This document shows positions 9,614-22,058 of a DNA stretch of 64,000 nucleotides, piece after piece. Each line of letters begins with the position of its first letter. Positions within the stretch are counted from its first letter, which is position 1. The position numbers and the translations under genes were made by a program. The notes beneath the pieces are model-generated. The model did no database searches, had not been told where the DNA came from, and saw only the letters and a list, made by a program, of their open reading frames with translations. Origin of the DNA: Candidatus Krumholzibacteriia bacterium (lineage in GTDB: Bacteria; Krumholzibacteriota; Krumholzibacteriia; LZORAL124-64-63); the NCBI GenBank assembly GCA_050174015.1, contig JBFXKG010000004.1, forward strand, positions 96,001 through 160,000, given 5' to 3'.

Positions 9614-10474
9614 TCAGAGGGGTTTCCGGTAACAGGCCGGCAGGACGTACCTGTACAGGCCGCCGTCCCGGTTGATCGTCTCGGAATGGCCGATGAAGAG
9701 GTAGCCGCCCGGAACCGTGTTGTCGGCGAACTTCTCGACAAGCTTGGCCCGGGTGGGGTTGTCGAAGTAGATCATGACGTTACGGCAGAAGATCGCGTCG
9801 AACGGGCTGCGGAACCTGAACACCCGGTTCATGAGGTTGTGGCGTCGGAAGTGGACCAGGGTGCGGATGGGGTCCCCGACGCGGTACATTCCGCCCGGCT
9901 GCTTGATCAGGTAGCGGTTCTTCAGGGCGGGGGGCAGCTTGGACACCGCATCATGGGGGTAGATGGCCGCCTGGGCCTTTTGCAGGGCCTTCATGGAGAT
10001 GTCGGTCGCCAGCAGGACCGGCTTCAGACGGGCTCCGGACGCCGCCAGGGCTTCCGCCATGAGCATCATCAGCGTGTACGGTTCCTCCCCCGTGGAGCAT
10101 CCCGCGCACCAGACCCGGAGTTCGGGGTCGCCCGCGGCCGTCCTCCGCCTGATGGCCTCGGGCAGGACCGTGGCGGCGAAATGGTCGAAGTGCTCGTGCT
10201 CCCGGTTGAAGTAGGTGTGGTTGGTCGAGATGCGATCGGCCAGTTCGCTCAGGGCTTCCCCGCTGGGATCCCCCTGGACCCAGTGCAGGTAGTCCCCGAA
10301 CGTCGAGAACCCCCGCAACCGGAGCACCTTCTGCAGGCGCCCCACCACGAGGGTCTTCTTCTGCGAGCTGAGTGATATCCCGAAGTTCTCGTAGACCAGA
10401 CGCCGGACGGCGTCGAACTCCCGGTCCGAGATCCGCGACTCCACGGGCGCGGTGAGGGTGTCCTGGGGGCTCAT
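9614..10474 (-). CDS. cheR: Chemotaxis-type protein-glutamate methyltransferase CheR
   Basis: TNHTYFNRE, RVWCAGCSTGEEPY, ATDIS, IFCRNVMIYF, GHSE motifs. Confidence 0.92.
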   Translation of the reverse strand: MSPQDTLTAPVESRISDREFDAVRRLVYENFGISLSSQKKTLVVGRLQKVLRLRGFSTFGDYLHWVQGDPSGEALSELADRISTNHTYFNREHEHFDHFAATVLPEAIRRRTAAGDPELRVWCAGCSTGEEPYTLMMLMAEALAASGARLKPVLLATDISMKALQKAQAAIYPHDAVSKLPPALKNRYLIKQPGGMYRVGDPIRTLVHFRRHNLMNRVFRFRSPFDAIFCRNVMIYFDNPTRAKLVEKFADNTVPGGYLFIGHSETINRDGGLYRYVLPACYRKPL

Positions 10475-10899
10475 CAGGTCCTGTCCGCTCCCGAACCGAC
10501 CAGTTCCACCTTCAGGCCGACTTCCTTCAGGACATCCATGAACTTCCGCTTGACGATGGGCTTGACCAGGTAGCCGTCGGCCGCGTCCTTGAACGACTTG
10601 CGGATGACCTCGTGGTCCTCGAGCGCGCTGGTCATGATGATCTTGGCTCCCTGCCCCACCTGGAGCCCCTTGCGCTCCTCCAGCTTCCGGATGTCGACCA
10701 GGGTCTCCTGGCCGCACTTGCCCGGCATCATGATGTCCAGACAGATGAGATCGTAGTGGCTCCCGCTGTCCAGGGCGGCCTGCACGGCCGCCACGGCTTC
10801 GTTGCCGTTGACGGCGACGTCGCAGTCCCCGTAGGATTCCAGATATCGGCACAACAGGCGGCGGCTGATGAAGTCGTCTTCCACGATCAGGATCTGCAT
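10474..10899 (-). CDS. Single-domain response regulator (CheY-like)
   Basis: ILIVEDD, CLDIMMP, TS, YLVKP receiver motifs; TGATG coupling to cheR. Confidence 0.9.
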   Translation of the reverse strand: MQILIVEDDFISRRLLCRYLESYGDCDVAVNGNEAVAAVQAALDSGSHYDLICLDIMMPGKCGQETLVDIRKLEERKGLQVGQGAKIIMTSALEDHEVIRKSFKDAADGYLVKPIVKRKFMDVLKEVGLKVELVGSGADRT

Positions 10900-10990
10900 G
10901 GGTCGTTCCTCACGTTGGATCCGGCCTGAAGGCGCGGCGCGGACGGTAGGCGGAAATCCGGACCATCCCCTCGGTCCTGCCTCACCTCCG

Positions 10991-11018
10991 ATATCGGTCA
11001 CGATTCCCGGACCCTTGA
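10991..11018 (-). promoter_or_regulatory. Possible sigma28 (FliA)-type promoter for the response regulator-cheR pair
   Basis: TCAAG-N15-ACCGATAT, one base longer than the two cleaner copies elsewhere. Confidence 0.4.
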
Positions 11019-11150
11019 ATAAATCTTCAGGTCCGCAGGTACTCTTGATGGCCGGCTCGCCGGGATTATCTTGGGAGCGATTCCGGCCCGGCCGGTGTTC
11101 CAGCAGGATCTGCCCCACTCCATGATCATGGCACGAAAAGGAAGGCGAAC

Positions 11151-11942
11151 ATGGGCTTGCTCGGCACCTTGATCGGGGGCGGCCTCGGTTTCATGTTTTT
11201 CGGTCCGCTGGGAGCCATCCTCGGCGGCGCCCTGGGCTCGAACATCGAGCTGGACGGGGGCTCCCGCCCCCATCCCGGCGCCAGGCGGCCCGGCCAGGCC
11301 TGGGGAACCCGCCCCGGCGGCAGGGTCGATCCCCTGCAGGCCCAGCAGATCTTCCTGGTCGCCATGATCAGCCTGGCGGCCAAGGTCGCCAAGGCGGACG
11401 GACGGGTCACCCCGGACGAGGTCGCCTCGTTCGACCAGTTCCTAAGGACCAACCTGGGGATGCCGGCCGACGAGCGACGCATCGCCGCCCGCATCTTCAA
11501 CGAGGCGCGCGACTCGGCGATCCCCTCTTCCGAGTTCACCGCCCAGATCCGGCAGACCATCGGCCGCCATTCCCAGCGCCTGCACGATCTGGTGACCCTG
11601 CTGGTGGGCATCGCCCTGGCCGACGGGGTGATGCACCCTGCCGAAGAGGACCTGATCCGCACCATCGCCCGCGATCTCGGCCTCGGCGAACGGGCCTTCC
11701 AGGAGGCCCTCGCCATGTTCCGCCCCGAACAGAACCTCGCGAGCGCCTACGCCGCCCTCGGGCTCGATCCCGGCGCCACGGACGCCGAGGTCCGCAAGTC
11801 CTACCGCCGGCTGGCCAAGGAATATCATCCCGACATCATGGCCAACAAGGGCCTCGGGGAGGACTTCCAGAAGTTCGCCGAGGAGAAGATGCGCGCCGTC
11901 AACGGCGCCTACGCCGCCATCAAGGAAGCGCGGGGTTTCTGA
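11151..11942 (+). CDS. djlA: Co-chaperone DjlA (TerB-like domain plus C-terminal J domain)
   Basis: N-terminal Gly-rich TM, AKVAKADGRV, ALADG, J-domain EYHPD. Confidence 0.88.
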   Translation: MGLLGTLIGGGLGFMFFGPLGAILGGALGSNIELDGGSRPHPGARRPGQAWGTRPGGRVDPLQAQQIFLVAMISLAAKVAKADGRVTPDEVASFDQFLRTNLGMPADERRIAARIFNEARDSAIPSSEFTAQIRQTIGRHSQRLHDLVTLLVGIALADGVMHPAEEDLIRTIARDLGLGERAFQEALAMFRPEQNLASAYAALGLDPGATDAEVRKSYRRLAKEYHPDIMANKGLGEDFQKFAEEKMRAVNGAYAAIKEARGF

Positions 11943-12763
11943 TGCCCGAACTGCCCGAGGTGGAGAGCGTCGGCCGCGCCTTGCTGGCCAACCTCCGGGG
12001 ACGGCGCCTGACGGGATTGCAGGTCGCCTTTCCGGGCGTCCTGACCCAGACCCCGCACCGGATCCGCCGGGCCCTGGTGGGCCGGACCCTCACCGGACTT
12101 CACCGGCGGGGCAAGTATCTCATCCTGCACTTCGCCGACGGCGGCGGCGATCCCGCCTACCTGATGATCCACCTGCGCATGACCGGCCAGATCTTCGTGC
12201 TGGACGGCTACCTCCCCGACAAGCACGTCCACGTGACCTTCGACTTCGACGGCCTGCCGGTGCATTACCGGGACATCCGCAAGTTCGGCCGCCTCACCCT
12301 CGTGGAGGACGGGGTGGCGCCCCGCGCCCTCGACCACGTCGGACCGGACATGCTGGAAGTGCGCTGGCCCGAATGGAGGGAGCGGATCGCCGCGCGCGGC
12401 GCCCCCGTCAAGGCCTGCCTGCTGGACCAGGGCATCGCCTCGGGCCTCGGCAACATCTACGTGGACGAGTGCCTGTTCCTGGCCGGGATCCATCCCCTGG
12501 CCCGCCCCTGCGACCTGGACGAGGCGGAACTGCGGGAAGTGCTGCTGCGCGCCAAGCAGGTGTTGCGCCTGGCCATCCGCCACGGCGGCACCACCTTCCT
12601 GAACTTCACGAACTTCGTGGGCAAGCCGGGGAACTTCCGGCGCAAGCTGCGGGTCTACGGGCGGGCGGGCGAGCCCTGCCGGGATTGCGACGCCACCCTG
12701 CAGAAGCTGACCGTGGCCGGGCGAACGACCGTCTTCTGTCCCCGGTGTCAGCCGGCTCCCTGA
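11942..12763 (+). CDS. mutM: Formamidopyrimidine-DNA glycosylase Fpg
   Basis: MPELPEVE, RRGKYL, HLRMTG, GLGNIYVDE, C-terminal CxxC..CxxC zinc finger. Confidence 0.95.
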   Translation: MPELPEVESVGRALLANLRGRRLTGLQVAFPGVLTQTPHRIRRALVGRTLTGLHRRGKYLILHFADGGGDPAYLMIHLRMTGQIFVLDGYLPDKHVHVTFDFDGLPVHYRDIRKFGRLTLVEDGVAPRALDHVGPDMLEVRWPEWRERIAARGAPVKACLLDQGIASGLGNIYVDECLFLAGIHPLARPCDLDEAELREVLLRAKQVLRLAIRHGGTTFLNFTNFVGKPGNFRRKLRVYGRAGEPCRDCDATLQKLTVAGRTTVFCPRCQPAP

Positions 12764-12767
12764 GGAT

Positions 12768-13085
12768 TCAGACGCAGGAGTCGGGACGGGGCAACCCCGC
12801 GATGCGGCAGGCCCCCCGGGCCGGGCCGTCAGGGAAGAGGTCGTAGATCCTCTGGAGGGAGAACCCGGTTTCCCGGCAGAGCACCCGGATCATCGGGGCC
12901 GCTCCCTGGGCCCCGTGGAACTTCCGCAGGAAATCGATGATCTTCCAGTGGTCGGCCGTCAGCCCTCCCAGCCCGTCGGCCTCGGCCAGGGCGTGAGCCA
13001 GCGCGGGGGACCATTCCTGCCCGTCGACCAGGTAGCCCTTGTCGTCGATCTCGACCTTGATGTCTCCGGCTTCGAACAGCGGCAT
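12768..13085 (-). CDS. DsrC/TusE family sulfur relay protein
   Basis: DDKGYL..EW, HWKIIDFLR, LFPDGPARGACRIAGLPRPDSCV. Confidence 0.9.
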   Translation of the reverse strand: MPLFEAGDIKVEIDDKGYLVDGQEWSPALAHALAEADGLGGLTADHWKIIDFLRKFHGAQGAAPMIRVLCRETGFSLQRIYDLFPDGPARGACRIAGLPRPDSCV

Positions 13086-13174
13086 GATCGGCTCCTGCGG
13101 GGTATGACGGCGCCGGTGCAGCGCCTACCGGCCGAAAAATACCGCGTTTGCCCCTGCGGGACAAGCGGCCGGCA

Positions 13175-14986
13175 TCAGCGCGCGGCCGCCCCGATCCGGC
13201 CACAGGATCCGGCGTCCAGGCAGGGCGATGCTGCGAGGAGCCCATAGCCGTACCGGTCGGCGAACAGGGGATCGGCCTCGAGATTGCCGCCGAGGTCCAC
13301 GTAGAGGGACGCCGTGGGGAAGTTCTGGGTGTGGCCGAAGATGTCCGTGCAGCCCAGGGACAGATTGCTGTCCTGGTAGAAGCTGAAGGCCGCTCCGGGA
13401 CGGTTGAAGGCGATGATGCACTCTTCGAAGGTCAGGAAGGAGGCGTCAGGCATCCGGACCGCCGATCCCCGCACTCCCTCGTTGTCGGCCAGGGTGCAAC
13501 TCCTCACCACGCAGCCGGGATTCAGCTGCTCCACCGACAACGCGCCGCCGTCCAGGCGGCTTTCGTTGCCGGCCAGGAGACAGTCCTCGAGGGTGAAGGT
13601 CGCGTGGTAGACGTAGATGGCGCCCCCGTCCTGATCGGCGTGATTGTCCCGGAAGTCGCAGCCCGTGATGGTGATGCGCGGCGCGCTGTTGATGAGCATG
13701 ATCCCCCCGCCCCAGTCCGCCTCGTTCCCGGTGAGGACGCAGTTCTCCAGGCCGCCGCCGCACTGGCCGGCGAAGATCACCCCGCCGCCCTGGGTCGCCC
13801 GGTTGCCGGTGATGATGCAGTCCCGGACCACCGAATCGGTCAGGTGCAGGGAGATCCCGCCGCCGGCCCAGGCCTCCTCCGGGGTGGTCTCCTGGGCGGT
13901 GGCCCGCCCGCCGGTGATGGTGAAACCCTCGATGAAGATGGCTGCGCGGTAGGTCCCCCGTTCCGGATCGGTGATCTCCCCGCCGGGGATGGTGATCACG
14001 TTGCCCTGGTCCTCGGCGTCCAGGATCGTCGCCTCCGGCCCCGCCAGGCTGCGCAGGGTGACGTCGTGGGTGAAGCGGTCGACGTAGATGAGCCCGAACT
14101 TGAGGTCGCCGGTGCCCTGGTCGGTCCAGGTGTAGCGGCCGGGGCCCACCAGGACCACGTCCCCCTCGGCCGCCTCGGCCACGGCTTCCTCGATGGTGGG
14201 GAAGTCCCCCGTGCCCTCGACGTTCACGTAGATCGTGGTGCGCTCGACGGTCCGGGCCGGCACGTCCGCCGGCGCCCGCGACCGCAGGCCCGCCTCGTCG
14301 ACGGCGACCACCCCAAGATGGAGGTCCGCATCGGGCTCCAGCCCCGTGACCGTCGCCTGCAGGAGGCCGGGCAGCGTGTGGGCGCCCACCGTGGATTCCA
14401 CGGGAACGGCCTCGGCCCAGCTGGCGGCGGTGACCGGTTCGGCATGGCGGCGGATCTCGTACCCCGCCGCCTCCCCGTAGACCGTGTCGTCCCCGCAGGG
14501 CGAGAAGACGAGGGTCACCGAGCCGGGGGTGCTGGACCAGACCCGCAGGCCGGACACCGGGCCGGGGGGCGTGATGTCGAACGCCGCGTCCGCCGTTCCC
14601 ACGGCGAAGTTGGACGCTCCCGACCATGGGCCGGATCCCGACCGGGCCCGCAGGAGGCAGACCACGGTCTCGCCCTGGGCCAACCCCGTCACGGTGAACG
14701 AGGTGGCTCCGGTCGTACCACGAGTCGTCCAGGCCGCGATGTCGGCCCCCTCGTCCCCCAGGGGGATGGTCCGGATCTCGTAAGTCAGGTTCCCATCCTG
14801 GGGCGCCGTCCACCGGAGGGACAGTTCGCCCGGGCCGCCCCCCGTCACGGCCAGGTCTCCCACGGCCCCCGGCGCCGGACCGGCGGGCGCGGCGGGGTTC
14901 CCCTCGTCCGATCCGCAGGCCGGGATCAGGAGGATCGACAGGAAAACCAAGAAGATCAGGTCAGGACGGCGGACACGACGAGGCAT
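13175..14986 (-). CDS. Lipoprotein with two FN3-like domains and a right-handed beta-helix domain
   Basis: Lipobox LIPAC; LRWTAP/DITPPGPV FN3-type segments; DFPTIEEAV and repeated GGG-x-x-x/GN coil motifs. Confidence 0.8.
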   Translation of the reverse strand: MPRRVRRPDLIFLVFLSILLIPACGSDEGNPAAPAGPAPGAVGDLAVTGGGPGELSLRWTAPQDGNLTYEIRTIPLGDEGADIAAWTTRGTTGATSFTVTGLAQGETVVCLLRARSGSGPWSGASNFAVGTADAAFDITPPGPVSGLRVWSSTPGSVTLVFSPCGDDTVYGEAAGYEIRRHAEPVTAASWAEAVPVESTVGAHTLPGLLQATVTGLEPDADLHLGVVAVDEAGLRSRAPADVPARTVERTTIYVNVEGTGDFPTIEEAVAEAAEGDVVLVGPGRYTWTDQGTGDLKFGLIYVDRFTHDVTLRSLAGPEATILDAEDQGNVITIPGGEITDPERGTYRAAIFIEGFTITGGRATAQETTPEEAWAGGGISLHLTDSVVRDCIITGNRATQGGGVIFAGQCGGGLENCVLTGNEADWGGGIMLINSAPRITITGCDFRDNHADQDGGAIYVYHATFTLEDCLLAGNESRLDGGALSVEQLNPGCVVRSCTLADNEGVRGSAVRMPDASFLTFEECIIAFNRPGAAFSFYQDSNLSLGCTDIFGHTQNFPTASLYVDLGGNLEADPLFADRYGYGLLAASPCLDAGSCGRIGAAAR

Positions 14987-15074
14987 GATCAGGGCTCCGG
15001 AGGCTCAGGGTGCATATCCCAGTTATTCCGATGGATTTAAGGAATGAATACGCAGCGGGCAAGAGGAAGGATGC

Positions 15075-15113
15075 AAAAAACGGGGAGCTGGTTCTACGAC
15101 AACCTGCTCCCCG
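15075..15113 (-). terminator. Intrinsic terminator downstream of atpC
   Basis: CGGGGAGCAGGTT/AACCAGCTCCCCG stem followed by T6 on the minus strand. Confidence 0.8.
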
Positions 15114-15198
15114 GTCTCTCCTGATTCAGGAGAACATGATACTCGTTCTCAAGCCAAAAAGCAAACAAAATTTGTGTGGATTTCAGGCTTTCGGCGGA

Positions 15199-15612
15199 TC
15201 AGTGCATCTTCCCCGTGGCCTTCAACCGGGCTTCCGCCCTGGCCAGCGCCATCCGGGCGCGCTCCCGGTTCAGGTCGTGCTCCATGTCGTTGAGCCGCTT
15301 GCGGGCGCGCTTGAGGGCCTCCTCGGCCCGGTGGACGTCGATTTCGCCGGCCTTCTCGCAGGTCTCGACCATCAGGTTGACGGTGTTTTCCGAGATCTCC
15401 ACGAAGCCCGCGCCCACGGCCATCTTCAGCTCGCTGCCCTGGTCGTCCTTCTTCAGGGTGACGACGCCGGGCACGACCGCGGCCACCAGCGGAGCATGGT
15501 TCGCCCACACGCCGATGTAGCCGGCCAGCCCGGGTATGACGGCCGAAATCGTCTGCCCCTTGTAGGCCGTCTTGTCGGGCGTGACGATGACCACGTCGAA
15601 GGGCTTGGCCAT
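15199..15612 (-). CDS. atpC: ATP synthase F1 epsilon
   Basis: IVTPD, GVWANHAPL, GFVE, C-terminal helical hairpin; position after atpD. Confidence 0.95.
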   Translation of the reverse strand: MAKPFDVVIVTPDKTAYKGQTISAVIPGLAGYIGVWANHAPLVAAVVPGVVTLKKDDQGSELKMAVGAGFVEISENTVNLMVETCEKAGEIDVHRAEEALKRARKRLNDMEHDLNRERARMALARAEARLKATGKMH

Positions 15613-15615
15613 GGC

Positions 15616-17082
<1,467 letters not shown>

Positions 17083-17955
17083 CTAGAGTGCGTTGGCGCC
17101 GCCGACGATGTCCAGCAACTCGGACGTGATGGCGGCCTGGCGTTCCCGGTTGCGCTGCAGGGTCAGGCTCTCGATCAGCTCGCCGGCGTTCTCGGTGGCC
17201 GCGCTCATGCTGGTCATCCGGGCCGCGTGCTCGCTGGTGAAGGCCTCGCTCAAGGTCATGAACACGCGGTTGCGCAGGTAGAGAGGCAACAGGACCCCGA
17301 AGAGCTCCTCCTGGCTCGGCTCCCAGATGTAGTCCAGGTCGCCGTGCTCGGCGTCCCCGGTCTCCACCGGGTCCTGGGCGATGGGCAGGAGCGGCAGGTT
17401 CACCGGCTTCTGGGTCATCGTGCTGACGAAGGACGAGTAGACCACCCGCACCTCGTCGAAGGCCCCGGATGTGAAGGCCCCCACGGCGTTGTCCCCCACC
17501 AGCTTGCCGCGCTCGCTGTCGGCGTCCCCGGCGAAATCCTCGTGGCTCCGGAACAGCTTGTAGCCGCGCTTGCGGAAGTGGTCGGCCGCCTTCCTGCCGA
17601 TGGCGTAGACCTCGGTCTCCACACCCTCGGCGACCGAGGCGTCCACGGCCTGGTGGGCCAGCTTGATGATGTTCATGTTGTAGGACCCGCACAGGCCCTT
17701 GTCCGAGGTGATCACCACGAACAGCCGGCGGCGCACGGGTCGGACCTCGAACAGCGGGTGGGCGACGTCCGCCTTGTCCGCCAGGTGCTGCATCAGCTCG
17801 GCCAGCTTGCGCGAATAGGGCCGCGCCGCCAGCATCTTGCCCTGCTGGCGCTGCAGCTTGGCCGCCGCGACCATCTTCATGGCCTTGGTGATTTGCTGCG
17901 TGCTCTTGACCGAACGGATCCGGTTGTTGAGTAGCTTTACCCCGGCTCCCGCCAC
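17083..17955 (-). CDS. atpG: ATP synthase F1 gamma
   Basis: QITKAMKMVAAAK, DKGLCG, RQAAITSEL. Confidence 0.97.
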   Translation of the reverse strand: MAGAGVKLLNNRIRSVKSTQQITKAMKMVAAAKLQRQQGKMLAARPYSRKLAELMQHLADKADVAHPLFEVRPVRRRLFVVITSDKGLCGSYNMNIIKLAHQAVDASVAEGVETEVYAIGRKAADHFRKRGYKLFRSHEDFAGDADSERGKLVGDNAVGAFTSGAFDEVRVVYSSFVSTMTQKPVNLPLLPIAQDPVETGDAEHGDLDYIWEPSQEELFGVLLPLYLRNRVFMTLSEAFTSEHAARMTSMSAATENAGELIESLTLQRNRERQAAITSELLDIVGGANAL

Positions 17956-17984
17956 GGGTTACCTCCTGAGGACGGGCTCGGCGG

Positions 17985-19490
<1,506 letters not shown>

Positions 19491-19544
19491 TGCCCATCTC
19501 CTCTTTGAAAACCGTTCAGCGCTTCGCCGCCCGTCCCCGGAGGA

Positions 19545-20093
19545 CTAGCGGACGGGCGTCTTCTCCAGCTGCCTGCGCAGCCTGTCCAGGTTCGAGCTGA
19601 TCGTGCCGTCGAGGATCCTGCCGTCCATGGTCACGCAGGCCCCACCCAGGACGCGGGGGTCCACCTTCTTCTGCAGGAGGATCTTCCGGCCGGTCATCGC
19701 CGCCAGCTTGGCGGTGAGGCCCGCAGCCAGATCGTCCGCCAGGGGCACGGCCGTGATCACCCTCGCCCTCAGGACACCCTGTTCCTTCTCGTAAAGGCCG
19801 GCGAAAACCTCTCCGATGTCCTTCAGGTTCTCGATGCGGTTCTTGTCGATCAGGAGGAAGAAGAAGGTCAGCAGGAGGTCCTCGATCCTGCCGCCGAAGA
19901 CGTTCTTCAGGAGGTCCTTCTTCTCCTGCTCGGCCACCTGCGGACTGTCGAGGAACGTCACGAGGTCGCGGTTGGCCGCGACCACCCCGACCACCGCGGC
20001 GAAGGAATCCGCCACCCCGTCGAGAACGCCGGCCTGCTTCGCCGAAGCGAGCAGGGCGCCGGCATAACGGACTGCCACCCGGCGATCACGCAT
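19545..20093 (-). CDS. atpH: ATP synthase F1 delta
   Basis: VAVRYAGAL, FLDSP, VDPRVLGG. Confidence 0.95.
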   Translation of the reverse strand: MRDRRVAVRYAGALLASAKQAGVLDGVADSFAAVVGVVAANRDLVTFLDSPQVAEQEKKDLLKNVFGGRIEDLLLTFFFLLIDKNRIENLKDIGEVFAGLYEKEQGVLRARVITAVPLADDLAAGLTAKLAAMTGRKILLQKKVDPRVLGGACVTMDGRILDGTISSNLDRLRRQLEKTPVR

Positions 20094-20586
20094 GGGGCCG
20101 CTCTCCCAGCTGGTCGATGTACTCGAGGATCAGCTTGCGGTGCAGGTCGTCGTCCAGCCGCTCGCCGATGATCTTCTCGGCGGCGCCGATGGCCATGGCG
20201 ACCACCGAGTCGCGCAGCTCGATCTGGGCCTTGTGGGTCTCCAGCTCGATGTCCTGGGCGGCCTTGACCTTGGTCTCCTCGGCGCTCTGGCGCGCCCTGG
20301 CGATGATGCCCTCGCCCTGCTGCTCGCCCCGCTTGACCGCCTCCTGGACCTTCTCGCGCTCGATGACCTTGATGTCGGTGAGCTTGAGCTCGAACTCGCC
20401 CTTGAGCTGTTCGGCGTCGGCGAGGTTCTTCTCGGCGGCGGCGTAGTCCTTCTCGATCTTGTTGCGCCGCTCGTCGAGCAGGTTGAGGATCGGCCCCCAG
20501 GCGAACTTGGCCAGCACCCATACGAAGATGAGGAAGCCGACCGCCGTCGTCAGCAGGTTGGTTATGTTTGGTGTCACGAATTCCAT
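20086..20586 (-). CDS. atpF: ATP synthase Fo b
   Basis: N-terminal TM, KFAWGPILNLLDERR, coiled coil. Confidence 0.95.
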   Translation of the reverse strand: MEFVTPNITNLLTTAVGFLIFVWVLAKFAWGPILNLLDERRNKIEKDYAAAEKNLADAEQLKGEFELKLTDIKVIEREKVQEAVKRGEQQGEGIIARARQSAEETKVKAAQDIELETHKAQIELRDSVVAMAIGAAEKIIGERLDDDLHRKLILEYIDQLGERPHA

Positions 20587-20690
20587 GCTGGAATACCTTC
20601 CGGTCGCAGTTTCCCGGTCGTGCCGGGGCAGCCGCCGCGCTCAGAGCAGGCCGCTACCGTTCCGTCACGCGCCGGGGCCCGGGCGAATGA

Positions 20691-20915
20691 CTAACCGACC
20701 TTGCCCATCAGCAGGATGGTGGCGACCAGAGCGTAGATGGTCAGGGCCTCGATGAAGGCGCAACCGATGATCATGGCCGTCTGAATCTGGCCGATGGCTT
20801 CGGGCTGACGGCCCATGGCGTTCATGCCGCCTTCGATGGCGCGACCGAGACCGAGACCCGAGCCGATGGCCGCCAGGCCGAGACCGATGGGGAGAGCGAA
20901 TCCGAGCAGATCCAT
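20691..20915 (-). CDS. atpE: ATP synthase Fo c (H+-type signature)
   Basis: GxGxGxG, RQPE loop, IEALTIY; lacks the Q..ES/T Na+ motif. Confidence 0.97.
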   Translation of the reverse strand: MDLLGFALPIGLGLAAIGSGLGLGRAIEGGMNAMGRQPEAIGQIQTAMIIGCAFIEALTIYALVATILLMGKVG

Positions 20916-20990
20916 TGTTCCTCCTAAACGCGCGTTCGCGTGTCAGGTTTGCGGGACGACCCCGCGTTATCCGGGCGCAGCGGGCCCGGG

Positions 20991-22058
20991 CTAGTGCCCG
21001 TGGGCCTCCTCGTGACCGTGATGACCATGGTCATGAGGCAGCCACAGGGCAATATAGACCGTCGACAGCAGGGTGAAGACCAGCGCCTGGATGGTGCTGG
21101 ACAACAGACCCAGGAAGTAGAACGGGAACTGCAGGGGCAGACCCGGCACGAAATCGGATCCGGTGAGGCCGTAGCTGATGCCGGCGCCCAGCAGGACCAT
21201 GGTGGCCACCAGGGTCTCCTCGCCGAAGATGTTGCCGAACAGACGCAGGCTCAGCGAGATGGGCTTGATCAGCTCGCCCACCAGATGCAGGGGGAAGAAC
21301 AGCCAGACCAGGGCCCACTCGACCCCTGACCTGGGGGATCCCGCCATGTGGAACAGGTACCCGCCCACCCCGTTGAGCCTCAGGGCGGTCCCCTGCACGT
21401 ACAGGAAGGTCAGCGCCCCCAGGGCGAAAGTGGTGTTGGCGAAGCTGCTGGTCGCCGCATGCCCCAGAGGGATGATGCCGAACAGGTTGTTGCAGAGGAT
21501 GAAGATGAACAGGGAGCCGAGGTAGGGCGTGTACTTGCGGGCGTCCTCGCCGAGGATGGTCCGGAACAGGGAGTAGAGCCCCCCGAAGATCATCTCGACG
21601 GCCATCTGCATGCGGCCGGGCCGGCGGGCGTCCAGCTTCCTCGACAGGATGACGAAGACCACCGCCAGGACCAGGGCCATGAACAGGGAGAAGATGGGAT
21701 CCTTGGCCGCGTCCAGCCTGGCGGCGAAGTCGGCAGGGACCCACTGCTCGATGAAGGTCAGGGCGCTGGGCAGATGGGGCATGCCCCCGTGGCCACCCCC
21801 GTGCTCGCCGTTCGCATCCCCGTGGGCCTCGGCGGCATGGGGATCGGCGGCGTGGACGTCGATGGGCGCGTGATCGTCCCCGTGGTCGGTCTCCTGGCCG
21901 TGGGCGTCATGCTGTTCGGCGGCCTGCCGGGTGTCGTGGGCGTCATGCTGGGCGGAAGCGACGGACCCCACGCCCGATGCGAACAGGACGGCACCGAGGA
22001 CGAGCAGCCAGGCAGCCGGGACTTTGGTCTGCAATTTGCGCATGTTCATCCAGATCAT
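20991..22058 (-). CDS. atpB: ATP synthase Fo a with His-rich N-terminal extension
   Basis: KPISLSLRLFGNI, IQALVFTLLSTVY; ATG at 22058 overlaps the upstream stop (alternative starts 22049/22043). Confidence 0.93.
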   Translation of the reverse strand: MIWMNMRKLQTKVPAAWLLVLGAVLFASGVGSVASAQHDAHDTRQAAEQHDAHGQETDHGDDHAPIDVHAADPHAAEAHGDANGEHGGGHGGMPHLPSALTFIEQWVPADFAARLDAAKDPIFSLFMALVLAVVFVILSRKLDARRPGRMQMAVEMIFGGLYSLFRTILGEDARKYTPYLGSLFIFILCNNLFGIIPLGHAATSSFANTTFALGALTFLYVQGTALRLNGVGGYLFHMAGSPRSGVEWALVWLFFPLHLVGELIKPISLSLRLFGNIFGEETLVATMVLLGAGISYGLTGSDFVPGLPLQFPFYFLGLLSSTIQALVFTLLSTVYIALWLPHDHGHHGHEEAHGH

